Part shown: in pieces, positions 48,701 through 60,700 of the stretch
Layout: each line of letters starts with the position of its first letter
How positions within the stretch are numbered: the stretch's first letter is position 1
Source of the DNA: an uncultured Acidobacteriota bacterium
Lineage (GTDB): Bacteria > Acidobacteriota > Thermoanaerobaculia > Multivoradales > UBA5704
Length of the DNA: 64,000 nucleotides
Reading direction: 5' to 3'
Assembly (NCBI GenBank): GCA_963770895.1
Contig: CAVYRF010000002.1
Location: 5,344,001 to 5,408,000 of the forward strand
Position numbers and translations under genes: made by a program
The notes under the pieces: model-generated
Seen by the model: only the letters and a program-made list of their open reading frames with translations
Database searches by the model: none
Told to the model about the DNA's origin: nothing

Positions 48701-51700
48701 GCGGCGACCGCCTGCGCCGCCGCCCTGCCGCGGGCAGCACCCTGCGCCTGGTCAACGGCTATGGGCCGTCGGAGTATTCGGTGATCACCAGCCTGGGCGA
48801 CGTGGCGCCGGAGGACGCCGCGGCGGCGGCGGAGCCGGGGGGCCAGCGCCTGCCGGCGATCGGCCGCCCGGTGCCCAACACCGAGGTCTACATCGTGGAT
48901 CGCCTGGGCGAACTGGCACCGGTCGCGGTGCCGGGCGAGCTGTGCATCGCCGGAGCGGGCCTGGCGCGCGGCTACGTGGGCCGGCCGGAGATGACGGCGG
49001 AGCGTTTCGTGCCGCACCCCTGGAGCGCTCAACCGGGCGCCCGCATGTACCGCACCGGCGACCTGGCGCGCCGCCTGCCGGACGGCGAGCTGGAATTCGC
49101 CGGCCGCTTGGACCACCAGGTCAAGCTGCGCGGCTTCCGCATCGAGCTGGGCGAGATCGAGGCGGTGCTGCGCAATCTCCCGCGGCTGGCCGAAGCGGTG
49201 GTGCTGCTGCGCGAAGACGGCGGCGGCGAGGCGCGGCTGGCCGCCTACGTGACGGCGGCGCCCGGGCAGCCGGCGCCGGACGTCGCCGAGCTGCGCGCGC
49301 ACCTGGCGCGGAGCCTGCCGGACTACATGGTGCCGGCCGGTTTCCTGGTGGTGGAGGCGCTGCCGCTCACCGCGACCGGCAAGCTCGACCGGCGGACCCT
49401 GGCGGCGACGGCGCCGCCGCCCAGGTGGGGCGTCGAGGCGGCGGCGCCCGATGCGGCCGGCGCGGCGCTCTCGCCGGTGGCGGAAATCGTCTGCGGCATC
49501 TTCGCCGAGGTGCTCAAGCGCGAGCACGTGGCGCCCGCAGACGGCTTCTTCGACCTGGGCGGCCATTCGCTGCTGGCGCTGCAGGTGGTGTCGCGGGTCC
49601 GCCAGTCGCTGGGCGTCGAGCTGCCGCTGGCGAGCCTGTTCGAGCTGGGCACCGCCGCGGCGGTGGCCGGCGAGGTGGAGCTTTTGCGGCGCGCCGAAGA
49701 CGGCGCGGGGGCGGCGACCGAGGCGCCGCCCATCGTGCCGGTGCCGCGCGGCGCGGAGCTGCCGCTGTCGTTTGCCCAGCAGCGGCTGTGGTTCCTCGAC
49801 CAGATGGCCCCCGGCGGCGCCGCCTACAACGTGCCGGTGGCGATGCAGCTGCTGGGCGACCTGGCGCCCGACCGGCTGGCGCGGTCGTTCGCCGCGGTGG
49901 TCGCCCGCCACGAGGTGCTGCGCACCACCTTCGCGGCGCGCGGCGGCGAGCCGGTGCAGGTCGTCGCCGCGGCGGCGTGCCCGCGGCTGCCGGTCGTCGA
50001 CCTGGCGGCGCTGCCGCCGCCGGCGCGGCAGGCCGAGGCCGATCGGCTGGCGGCGGCCGAAGGACGGCGGCCGTTCGACCTGGAGCGCGGCCCGCTGCTG
50101 CGTCTGGCGCTGCTGCGCCGGGCGCCGCAGGATCACCTGCTGCTGCTGACGCTGCACCACATCGCGGCGGACGGCTGGTCGGTGGCGATCCTGGTGCGCG
50201 AGCTGGTGGCGCTGTACGGAGGCTTGTCGCGTCCGGCGGCGCCCGCCGAGCCTGCTGCCCAGCTCACCCCGGACCCGGCGCCGGTCTTGCCGCCGCTGCC
50301 CATCCAGTACGCCGACTTCGCGGTGTGGCAGCGCCGCTGGCTGTCGGGCGAGGTGCTCGCCGGGCAGCTCGCCTGGTGGCGCGCGCGGCTGGCCGGCGCG
50401 CCGCGTCTGCTGGCGCTGCCGGTCGATCGGCCGTACCCGGCGACCCCCTCGCACCGCGGCGGCGTGGTGCCGGTGGCGCTGCCTGCCGGCGTGGCGGGGG
50501 ACGTCGGCGCGCTGGTCCGGCGCCAGGGCGCGACGCTGTTCATGACCTTGCTGGCCGCCTTCGGCGCCCTGCTGAGCCGCCTGACGGATCAGCAGGATCT
50601 GCTGATCGGCGCGCCGGTCGCCAACCGCAACCGCCGCGAAACCGAAGACCTGGTCGGCTTCTTCGTCAACACCCTGGTGCTGCGTCTGGACGGCAGCGGC
50701 GAGCCCACCTTCGAGGAGCTGCTGGCGCGGGTGCGCCACGAAGCGCTGGGCGCCTTTTCGCACCAGGACCTGCCGTTCGAGCGGCTGGTCGAAGAGCTGG
50801 CGGTGGAGCGCGACCTGCGCATCGCGCCGCTGGTCCAGGCGACGTTCAGCCTGCAGAACCTGCCGGCCGCCCGCTTCGACCTGCCGGGCCTGCGCGTGCA
50901 GCGTCTGCCGCCACCCGGCGGCGGCGCCAAGTTCGATCTGCAGCTGACCCTGGTGGAGACCGCGGCGGGGCTGGCGGGCGCCCTGGACTTTAGTGCCGAC
51001 CTGTTCGACGCCGCCACCGCTCGCCGGCTGGCCGGGCAGTTCGGCACCCTGCTCGCGGCTGCCGCGGCGGCGCCCGCAACGGCGCTGGGCGACCTGCCGC
51101 TGCTGTCCGCGGCCGAGCGTTGGCAGCTGACCGGCGAGTGGAACGACGCGCGCCCGGTTACGGCGCCCGCCAGCACGGTGCACGAGCTGTTCGCGGCCCA
51201 GGCGGCGGCAGCGCCCGACGCGGTGGCGGTGGTGATCGACGACGCCTGCCTGAGCTACGGCGCGCTCGCCGCCGCGGCGCGGCGCCTGGCGGGTGCGCTG
51301 ATCGCGGCGGGGGTGCGGGCGGAGGAGCGGGTGGGGCTCTACGCCGAACGGTCGCCGCACACGATCGCCGCAATGTTGGGCATCCTGGCCGCCGGCGCGG
51401 CCTACCTGCCGATCGATCCGGCCTATCCCGACGAGCGGCTGCGCCACATGCTCGACGACGGCGGCGTGCGGGTGGCGCTGGCCTCCGGCCAGGCGCTGGC
51501 CGAGCGGCTGAGCGCGATCGCGGCGCCGGCTGCGGCGGCGGGGGCGTTGCCGGCGCCGGCGGTGCGCTGGATCGACCTGGACGCCGCGGCGTATCCGGGG
51601 GCGCGTCCGGGAGCCGGCGGCGACGCTCGGACGGGAGTGGCCGTCGCGCCCGAGCAGCTGGCCTACGTGATCTATACCTCGGGCTCGACCGGCCGACCGA

Positions 51701-54700
51701 AGGGCGTCTGTGTCACCCACGCCAACGTCGTGCGCCTGCTGCGCACCGCCGCCCACCATTTCGACTTCGGGCCGCAGGACACCTGGACGCTGTTTCATTC
51801 GCCCGGCTTCGACTTCTCGGTGTGGGAGATCTGGGGGGCGCTGGCGCACGGCGGCAGGTTGGTGGTGGTGCCCTATTGGGTGAGCCGCCAGCCGGACGCG
51901 ACGCGCGCCCTGCTGGTGCGGCAGGGCGTGACGGTGCTCAATCAGACGCCGTCGGCGTTCGGCGCCTTGATCGAGGCGGATGCGGAGGCTGGCGGTGGCG
52001 ATGGCGGCGGCGGCGGTGTTGGCGGCGATGGCGGCGGTGGCGGCGTCGGCGACGGGCTCGTGCTGCGCTGGGTGATCTTCGGCGGCGAAGCGCTCGACCT
52101 GCGGCGCCTGGCGCCGTGGTGGGAGCGCCACGGCGACCGGCGGCCGCGCCTGGTCAACATGTACGGCATCACCGAGACGACGGTGCACGTCACGTTCCGC
52201 GCCGTGGCCGCCGACGACGGCCCCGGCACCGGGTCCGCCCCCGCCAACATCGCGCCCGGCGCGGCGAGCCCCCTGGGTGTCGCCCTGCCGGACCTGACGC
52301 TCTACCTGCTCGACCGCGAGCTGCAGCCGGTGCCGCTGGGCGTTGCCGGCGAGATCTGCGTCGGCGGCGACGGCCTGGCGCGCGGCTACCTGGGACGCCC
52401 GGACCTGACCGCGCGGCGCTTCGTGCCCGACCCGTTCGGGCGCCAGCCGGGGGCGCGCCTCTACCGCTCGGGCGACCTGGGGCGGCATCGGCCGTACGGC
52501 GAGGTCGAATATCGCGGCCGCGTCGATCACCAGGTGAAGCTGCGCGGCTTCCGCATCGAGCTGGGCGAGATCGAAACTGTGCTCGCCGCGCATCCCCAGG
52601 TGGCGGCAGCGGCGGTGGTGCTGCGCGAAAAGGCCGACGGCGAGCGCCAGCTGGTCGCCTACCTGACCGCGCCGGCGGGGCAGCCGGCAGCGGACCTGAC
52701 GGATCTGCGCGCGCACCTGGCGCAGCGGCTGCCGGACCACATGGTGCCGGCGGCCTACGTCACCCTGGCGGCGCTGCCGCTGACCACCGGCGGCAAGGTG
52801 GACCGGCGGGCGCTGGCGCCGGAAGCGTCGCTCGCCGGGAGCGGTGGGCAGTCGCCGCCGGCGACGCTTGCGACGGCGGCAAGGTTGGCGACGGCGGGCC
52901 GGCCGGCCGCCGCGAAGGCGCTGGTCGAGATCGTGGCGGGCATCCTTGCCGCGGTGCTCAAGCGCGAACGGGTGGCGCCCCACGACAGCTTCTTCGACCT
53001 GGGCGGCCATTCGCTGCTGGCGGTGCAGGTGGTGTCGCGGTTGCGGCAGACGCTGGGCGTCGAGCTGCCGCTGCCCAGCCTGTTCGCGCTGCGCACCGCC
53101 GCGGCGCTGGCCGGCGAGGTCGAGCGCCTGCGCCAGCGCGGCGGCGACGCGCCGCCCATCCTGCCGGTGCCGCGCCGGGGGCCGCTGCCGCTGTCGTTCG
53201 CCCAGCAGCGGCTGTGGTTCCTCGACCAGCTGGCGCCCGGCACCGCCACCTACAACATCCCGGCCGCGGTGCGGCTGGCCGGCCAACTGTCGGTCGGCGG
53301 CCTGGCGCACGCCTTCGCCGCCCTGGTGGCGCGCCACGAGGTGCTGCGCACGACGATCGTCGCCGCGGGCGGCGAGCCGGTGCAGGTGGTCGAGAGCGCG
53401 GCGCGGACCGGCTTGCCGCTGCTCGACCTGACGGCGCTGCCGGCGGCGGCGGCGCAGCGCGAAGCGGCGCGCCTGGCGGTGGCGGCGGCGCGGCGCCCGT
53501 TCGACCTGGCGGCGGGTCCGGTGCTGCGCCTGGCTCTGCTGCGCCTGGCGCCGCGCGAGCATTTGCTGCTGCTGACCATCCATCACGTCGCCGCCGACGG
53601 CTGGTCGGTGGGGGTGCTGGTGCGCGAGCTCGCGGCGCTCTACGCCGGCGCGCCGCTGCCGGCGCTGGCGATCCAATACGGCGACTTCGCGGTGTGGCAG
53701 CGCACCTGGCTGGCGGGGACGGTGCTCGCGGCGCAGCTCGACTGGTGGCGCGGGCGGCTGGCGGGCGCGCCGCGCCTGCTGGAGGTGCCCGCCGACCGGC
53801 CGCGCCCCGCGCTGCCCAGCCATCGCGGCGGCGTGGTGCCGCTGGCGCTGCCCGCGGAGCTGGGCCCGGAGCTTGCCGCGCTGGCGCGGCGCCAGGGCAT
53901 GACGCTGTTCATGGTCCTGCTGGCGGCGTACGGCGCGCTGCTCGGGCGGCTGGCGAACCAGGAAGACCTGCTGGTGGGCACGCCGGTCGCCAATCGCAAC
54001 CGGCGCGAAACCGAAGACCTGATCGGCTTCTTCGTCAACACCCTGGTGCTGCGCGTCGACGGCCGCGGCGAGCCCACCTTCCAGCAGCTGCTCGAACGGG
54101 TGCGGCAGGAGGCGCTGGGCGCCTTCTCGCACCAGGACCTGCCGTTCGAGCGCCTGGTCGAGGAGCTGGGGGTGGACCGCGACCTGCGCGCGTCGCCGCT
54201 GTTCCAGGTGGCGTTCGTGCTGCAGAACGTGCCGGCCGCGGCGATCGACCTGCCGGGGCTGCGGGTCGAGCCGCAGCGGTCGCCCGAGGGCGGCGCCAAG
54301 TTCGACCTGTCGCTGACCATGGAGGAGACCGCCGCGGGGCTGGTCGGCGCGATCGAATACAGCGCCGACCTGTTCGATCGCGTCACGGTGCGGCGGCTCG
54401 CCGGGCACTTCGGCGCTCTCCTGGCCGGCGCCGCCGCGGCGCCGCGCACCCCTCTCCAGGAGCTGCCGCTGCTGCTCCCGAGCGAGCGCTGGCAGCTGCT
54501 GGGGGAGTGGAACGACACGCGCGACCTGGCGGGTGGCGGCGGCGAGGCGGCGCCGCTCCTGGTGCACCAGCTGGTGGCGCTGCACGCGGCGCGGGCGCCG
54601 CTGGCGCCGGCGGTCGGCGGCGGCGGCGAGCCCGACCTGACGTACGGTGAGCTGGATGCCCGGGCGAACCGCCTGGCGGCGCGGTTGCAGGCGCTGGGCG

Positions 54701-57700
54701 TCGGTCCGGAGGTGCGCGTGGCGGTCTGCGCCGGCCGCACGCCGGCGGGGGTGACGGGGCTGCTGGCGGTGCTCAAGGCCGGCGGCGGCTACGTGCCGCT
54801 CGACCCGGCGTCGCCGGAGGAGCGCCTGGCCTTCCAGCTGGCCGACGCGGCGGCGCCGGTGGTGCTGGTCGAGGAACGCTTCCGCGACCGCCTGCCGCCG
54901 TGCGGCGCGGCGATCGTCGGCCTGGACGCGGCGGCGGGGGCCGGCGCGGATTGCGCCGCGCCGCAGGCCGGCGTCGGGCTGGACAACCTGGCGTACGTGA
55001 TCTACACCTCCGGCTCGACCGGCCGCCCCAAAGGCGTCGAGATCCCGCATCGCGGCCTGCTCAACCTGGTGCGCTGGCACCAGCGGCGCCATGAGGTCGG
55101 CGCCGCCGACCGGGCGACGTACACGTCGAGCCCGGCGTTCGACGCCTCGGTGTGGGAGCTATGGCCGTTCCTGGCGGCGGGCGCCAGCGTGCACATCCCG
55201 GACGACGAGACGCGGTTGTCGGCGCCCGGCCTGCTGGCCTGGTGGGCGGCGCAGCGCATCAGTCTGGCGTTCCTGGTCACGCCGATCGCCGAAGCGGTGC
55301 TGGAAGAGGCGGCGAGGGCCGAGCCGCCGCTGACCGCCCTGCGGGCGGTGCATGTCGCGGGCGATCGCCTGCGCCGGCGTCCGGCCGCGGGCTCGCGGCT
55401 GCGGCTGGTCAACCACTACGGGCCGTCGGAATACTCGGTGTGCTCGACCGCCGGCCTGGTGGCGCCGGCGGCGGTGGCGGCGGCGGTGCCGGCGGCGACG
55501 CCGGTCGCGGCGGCGGAGCGCCTGCCGGCGATCGGCCGGCCGATCGCCAACACCGCGGTCTACGTCCTGGACCGCTGGGGCGAACCGGTGCCGGTGGGGG
55601 CCTACGGCGAGCTGTGCGTGGCGGGAGCGGGCCTGGCGCGCGGCTACCTGGGGCGCGCGGCGCTGACCGGGGAGAGGTTCGTGCCGGACCCTTGGAGCGG
55701 CGCTTTCGGCGCGCGCATGTATCGGACCGGCGACCTGGTGCGGCGGCTGGCGGACGGCGACATCGATTTTGCGGGCCGCATCGATCACCAGGTGAAGATC
55801 CGCGGCTACCGCATCGAGCTGGGAGAGATCGAGGCGGTGCTGGCGGCGCTGCCGGGCGTGGCGGCGGCGGCCGCGGCGGTGCGCGGCGCCGGAGGCGGAG
55901 CGGGCCAGGCCGCGGCGGCCGGCGGCGACGAGGACCTGCGGCTGGTCGCCTGGGTGGTGCCGGCGGTGAGGACGGCTGCGGCGGCAGCCGACGGTGCCGG
56001 CGACGCCGCCGGCGGGAGGCAGGACGCCGACGCCGGCGGTGCGACCGGCGTGAGCGATGCGGCCGGCCTGGCCCGCGCCGCGGCGCCAACCGCCGAGGCG
56101 CTGCGGCGCGGGCTCGCCGAGCGCCTGCCCGCGTACATGGTGCCGGGCGACGTGGTGTTTCTGGATCGGCTGCCGCTCAACTCCAGCGGCAAGGTCGATC
56201 GCCAGGCGCTGCCGGCGCCGGCGGCGTGGGCCGCCAATGCCGCCAATGCCGCCCACATCGCCGGCCTCGCCGAAGCGTCGGGCTTCGTCGCCGCCGACTT
56301 CGTCGAGGAGCAGCTGGCGGCGTGCTGGAGCGAGGTGCTGGGCGCGCCGCCGGCCGGCCACGACGAAAGCTTCTTTGCCGCCGGCGGTCACTCGCTGCTG
56401 GCGACCCGCCTGGTGTCGCGGCTGCGCCAGCGGCTGAGCGTCGAGCTGAGCGTGCAGGCGGTGTTCGAGGCGCCGTCGCCGCGCGCTCTGGCCGCCCGCC
56501 TGCGGCAGCTGCGCGGCGCCGCCGATCCGCTGGCCCCGCTGCCGGCGCTGCCGCTGCTCGCCGCCGGCGAGGCGCCGCCCATCCTGCCCGCGCCGCGGCA
56601 GGGTTCGTCGCTGCCGCTGTCGTTCGCCCAGCTGCGGCTGTGGTTTTTCGACCAGCTGGTGCCCGGCAGCGGCATCTACAACGTGCCGGCGGCGGTGCGG
56701 CTGAGCGGCGCGCTGTCGGTTGCCAGGCTGGCGCGCGGCTTCGCCGCCGTGGTGCGCCGCCACGAGGTGCTGCGCACCACGATCGCGACCGCCGGCGGCG
56801 AGCCGGTGCAGATCGTCGCCGGCGTTGCCAGCGGCGCAGCGGCGCCCCTGCCGGTGTTCGACCTGACGGCGCTGCCGCCGGCGGTGCGGCAGGCCGAAGT
56901 GCTTCGGCTGACGGCGAGCGAGGCGCGGCGGCCGTTCGACCTGGCGGTGGGGCCGGTGTCGCGCCAGGTCCTGCTGCGCCTGGCGCCGGAGGAGCACCTG
57001 CTGCTGCTGATCCTGCACCACATCGCCGCCGACGCCTGGTCGGTGGGTCTGCTGGTCAAGGAGCTGGTGGCGCACTATCGCGGCGGCGCCGCTGCCGACG
57101 TCGCCGCCGCCGATGCCGGCGTCGCCGACACCGCGCTGCCGCCGCTGCCCATCCAGTATGCGGATTTTGCCGTGTGGCAGCGCCGCTGGCTGCAGGGGGC
57201 CGTCCTGGCGGAGCAGCTGGCCTGGTGGCGCGGCCGCCTGGAGGGCGCGCCGCGGCTGCTGGCGCTGCCCACCGACCGGCCGCGGCCGGCGCTGCCCAGC
57301 CACCGCGGCGCCGTGGTGCTGATGGCGGTGCCGCAGGCGCTGGCGCGGGACCTGGAAGCGCTCGGCCGGCGCCAGGGTGTGACGCTGTTCATGACGCTGC
57401 TGGCCGCGTTCGGCGCGGTGGTCGGCCGCCTGGCCAACCAGCAGGACCTGCTGGTGGGAACGCCGGTCGCCAACCGCAACCGGGTCGAAACCGAAGAGCT
57501 GATCGGCTGCTTCGTCAACACCCTGGTGCTGCGTCTGGACGGCCGCGGCAATCCGACGTTTCAGCGGCTGCTCGACCGCGTGCGCGACGAAGCGCTGGGT
57601 GCGTTCGGCCACCAGGACCTGCCGTTCGAGCGCCTGGTCGAGGACCTGGAAGGGGAGCGCGACCTGCGCGTCACGCCGCTGTTCCAGGTCGTCTTTTCGC

Positions 57701-60700
57701 TGCAGAACACGCCCATGTCCCGGGTGGAGCTGCCCGGTCTGCGCGTCGAGCCGCGGCCGCTGCCGGAAGGGCAGTCCAAGTTCGATCTCACGCTGACCAT
57801 GGAGGAGACCGTGGCGGGCCTGGTCGGCAGCCTCGAATACAGCACCGACCTGTTCGACCGCGCGACGGTGCGGCGGCTGGTCGGGCACTTCGGGACGCTG
57901 CTCGCCGCCGCGGCGGCGGCGCCGGGGACGGCGCTGGACCTGCTGCCGCTGCTTTCCGCGCGCGAGCGCTGGCAGGTGCTGGGGGAGTGGAACGACACGC
58001 GCCAGGAGCCGCCCGCGGACGGCGCCGCGGCGGCGCTCCTGGTGCACGAGCGGGTGGCGCTGCAGGCGGCGCGGGCGCCCTGGGCGCTGGCGGTCGGCGG
58101 TGGCGAGGGTGGCGGCGGTGGCGACCTGACCTACGGCGAGCTCGACGCCAGGGCCGGCCGGCTGGCGGCGCGCCTGCGGGCGCTGGGGGTGGGGCCCGAG
58201 GTGCGGGTGGCGGTGTGCGCCGGCCGCACGCCGGCGCGGGTGGCGGGCCTGCTGGCGGTGCTCAAGGCGGGGGGCGCCTACGTGCCGCTCGATCCCGCCT
58301 ATCCGGCCGAGCGCCTGGCGTTCCAGCTGGCCGACGCGGCGGCGCCGGTGGTGCTGGTCGAGGAGCGCTTCCGCGACCGCCTGCCGCCTGCCGGCGCGGT
58401 GGTCGTCGGCCTGGAATCGGCGCTGGACGATGCGGCGGTCGGAGAGGCGGACCCGCACTACGCCGGGGGGCCGGCTCCTGTCGGCCTGGACAACCTGGCG
58501 TACGTGATCTACACGTCGGGCTCGACCGGGCAGCCGAAAGGCATCGAGATCCCGCACCGCGGCCTGCTCAACCTGGTCTTGTGGCACCAGCGGCGCTACG
58601 CGGTGGGTGCCGCGGACCGGGCGACGCAGCTGGCCAGCCCGGCCTTCGACGCCTCGGTGTGGGAGCTGTGGCCCTACCTGGCGGCGGGTGCCAGCGTCCA
58701 CATCCCGGACGAAGAGACGCGGCTGTCGGCGCGCGCCCTGCCGGGCTGGTGGGCGGCGCAACGCATCACCCTGTCGTTCCTGGTGACGCCGCTCGCCGAA
58801 GCGGTGCTGGAAGAGGCGATGGCGGCGGCTGCCGGGGCCGCGGCGCCAGGGGTCGCGGCGGCGCCGGTGGCGCCGGCAGGCAACCCGCGGGCGCTGCTCA
58901 CCGGCGGCGACCGTCTGCGCTGGCGCCCGGCGGCGGGCGCCGGGCTGCGCCTGGTCAACCACTACGGGCCTTCGGAATACTCGGTGGTGGCGAGCGCCGG
59001 CGAGGTGGCGCCGGCGGATGCGGACGCCGCCGGGCGCCTGCCGGCGATCGGCCGGCCGGTCGCCAACACCGCGATCTACATCCTGGATCCCGGCGGGGCG
59101 CCGGCGCCGGCGGGGGTTTACGGCGAGCTGTGCGTGGCGGGGGCGGGCCTGGCGCGCGGCTACCTGGGGCGCCCGGCGATGACCGCCGAGCGCTTCGTGC
59201 CGGACCCCTGGAGCGGCGCTCCCGGCGCCCGCCTGTATCGCACCGGCGACCTGGCGCGGCGGCTGGCCGATGGCGAGCTGGAGTTTGCCGGCCGGATCGA
59301 TCACCAGGTGAAGATCCGCGGCTTCCGCATCGAGCTGGGGGAGATCGAGGCGGTGCTGGCGGGGCTGCCGGGCGTCGCGGCGGCGGCTGTGGTGGTGGTG
59401 GGCGGCGGCGGCTCCGGGCAGCAGGCGCCGCCGGATGGCGGCGCGGACCGCCGGCTGGTCGCCTACGTCGTGCCGGCGGCCACGACGGCGGCGCCGGCCG
59501 CCGAGGCGGTTCGGCTCGGGCTTGCCGCGCGGCTGCCTGAGCACATGGTGCCGGCCGAGTTCGTCTTTCTGGATCAGTTGCCGCGGAGCCCCAGCGGCAA
59601 GGTCGACCGCCGGGCGCTGCCGGTGCCGCCGGCGTGGGACGCCGCGCCGGCCGCGGCGGGCGGCTTCACCGCCGAGGACGCGGTCGAGGAGCTGCTGGCG
59701 GCGTGCTGGCGGGAGCTGCTGGGGCGACCGCCGGGCGGGCGCGACGAGAGCTTCTTTGCCGCCGGCGGCCACTCGCTGCTGGCCACGCGCCTGGTGTCGC
59801 GCCTGCGCCAGCGGCTGGGCATCGAGGTGCCGCTCCAGGCGGTGTTCGAAGCGCCGTCGCCGGGGGCGCTGGCAGCGCGCGTGCGCCAGCTGCAGGCGGC
59901 CGCCGGGGTGGCGGTGGGGGACGTGGGCAGCCTGGCGGCGGGAGAGCCGGCGGGGGGGGCGGCGGACCGCCTGCCGCCGCTGGTGCGCCAGCCGGACGGC
60001 GACGGGGCGGAGCTGCCGCTGTCGTATTCGCAGCAGCGGCTGTGGTTCCTCGACCAGCTGGCGCCCGGCAGCACCGCCTACAACATGTGCGGCGCCCTGC
60101 GGCTGCGCGGCACGCTGGGTGCCGCCGAGCGGCACACGCTGCGGCGGGCGCTGGCCGCGATCGTCGATCGCCACCAGGTCCTGCGCACGGTGTATCCGGT
60201 GATCGCCGGCAAGCCCTCCCAGGTGGTGCGCCGCGACTTCGTGCTGGACCTGCCGCTGCTGGACCTGGCGGCGCTCGGCGACGGGGCGCTCCACGAAGGC
60301 CGGCGGGTGGGGGCCGCCATCTTCGAGCGGCCGTTCGACCTGGCGGCGGGACCTCTGCTGCGGGCGGCGCTGGTGGTCGTGGGGCCGGCCGACCACCTGC
60401 TCACCGTGACAATGCATCACATCGTCGCCGACGGCTGGTCGATCGACATCCTGGTGCGCGAGCTGGCGATCCACTACGCGGCCTTCGCCGCCGGGCGCGC
60501 CGCCCCGCTGCCGCCGCTGCCGTTGCAGTATTCCGACTATGCGCGCTGGCAGCACGGCGAACAGGTGGGGCGGCTGCTCGCGGCGCAGCTGGCCTACTGG
60601 CGCCAGGCGCTGGCCGGCGCCCCGGCGCAGCTGGCGCTGCCCGCCGACCGGGCGCGCCCGGCGGTGCAGAGCTCCCGCGGCGGCTCGGTGGGGCTGGCGC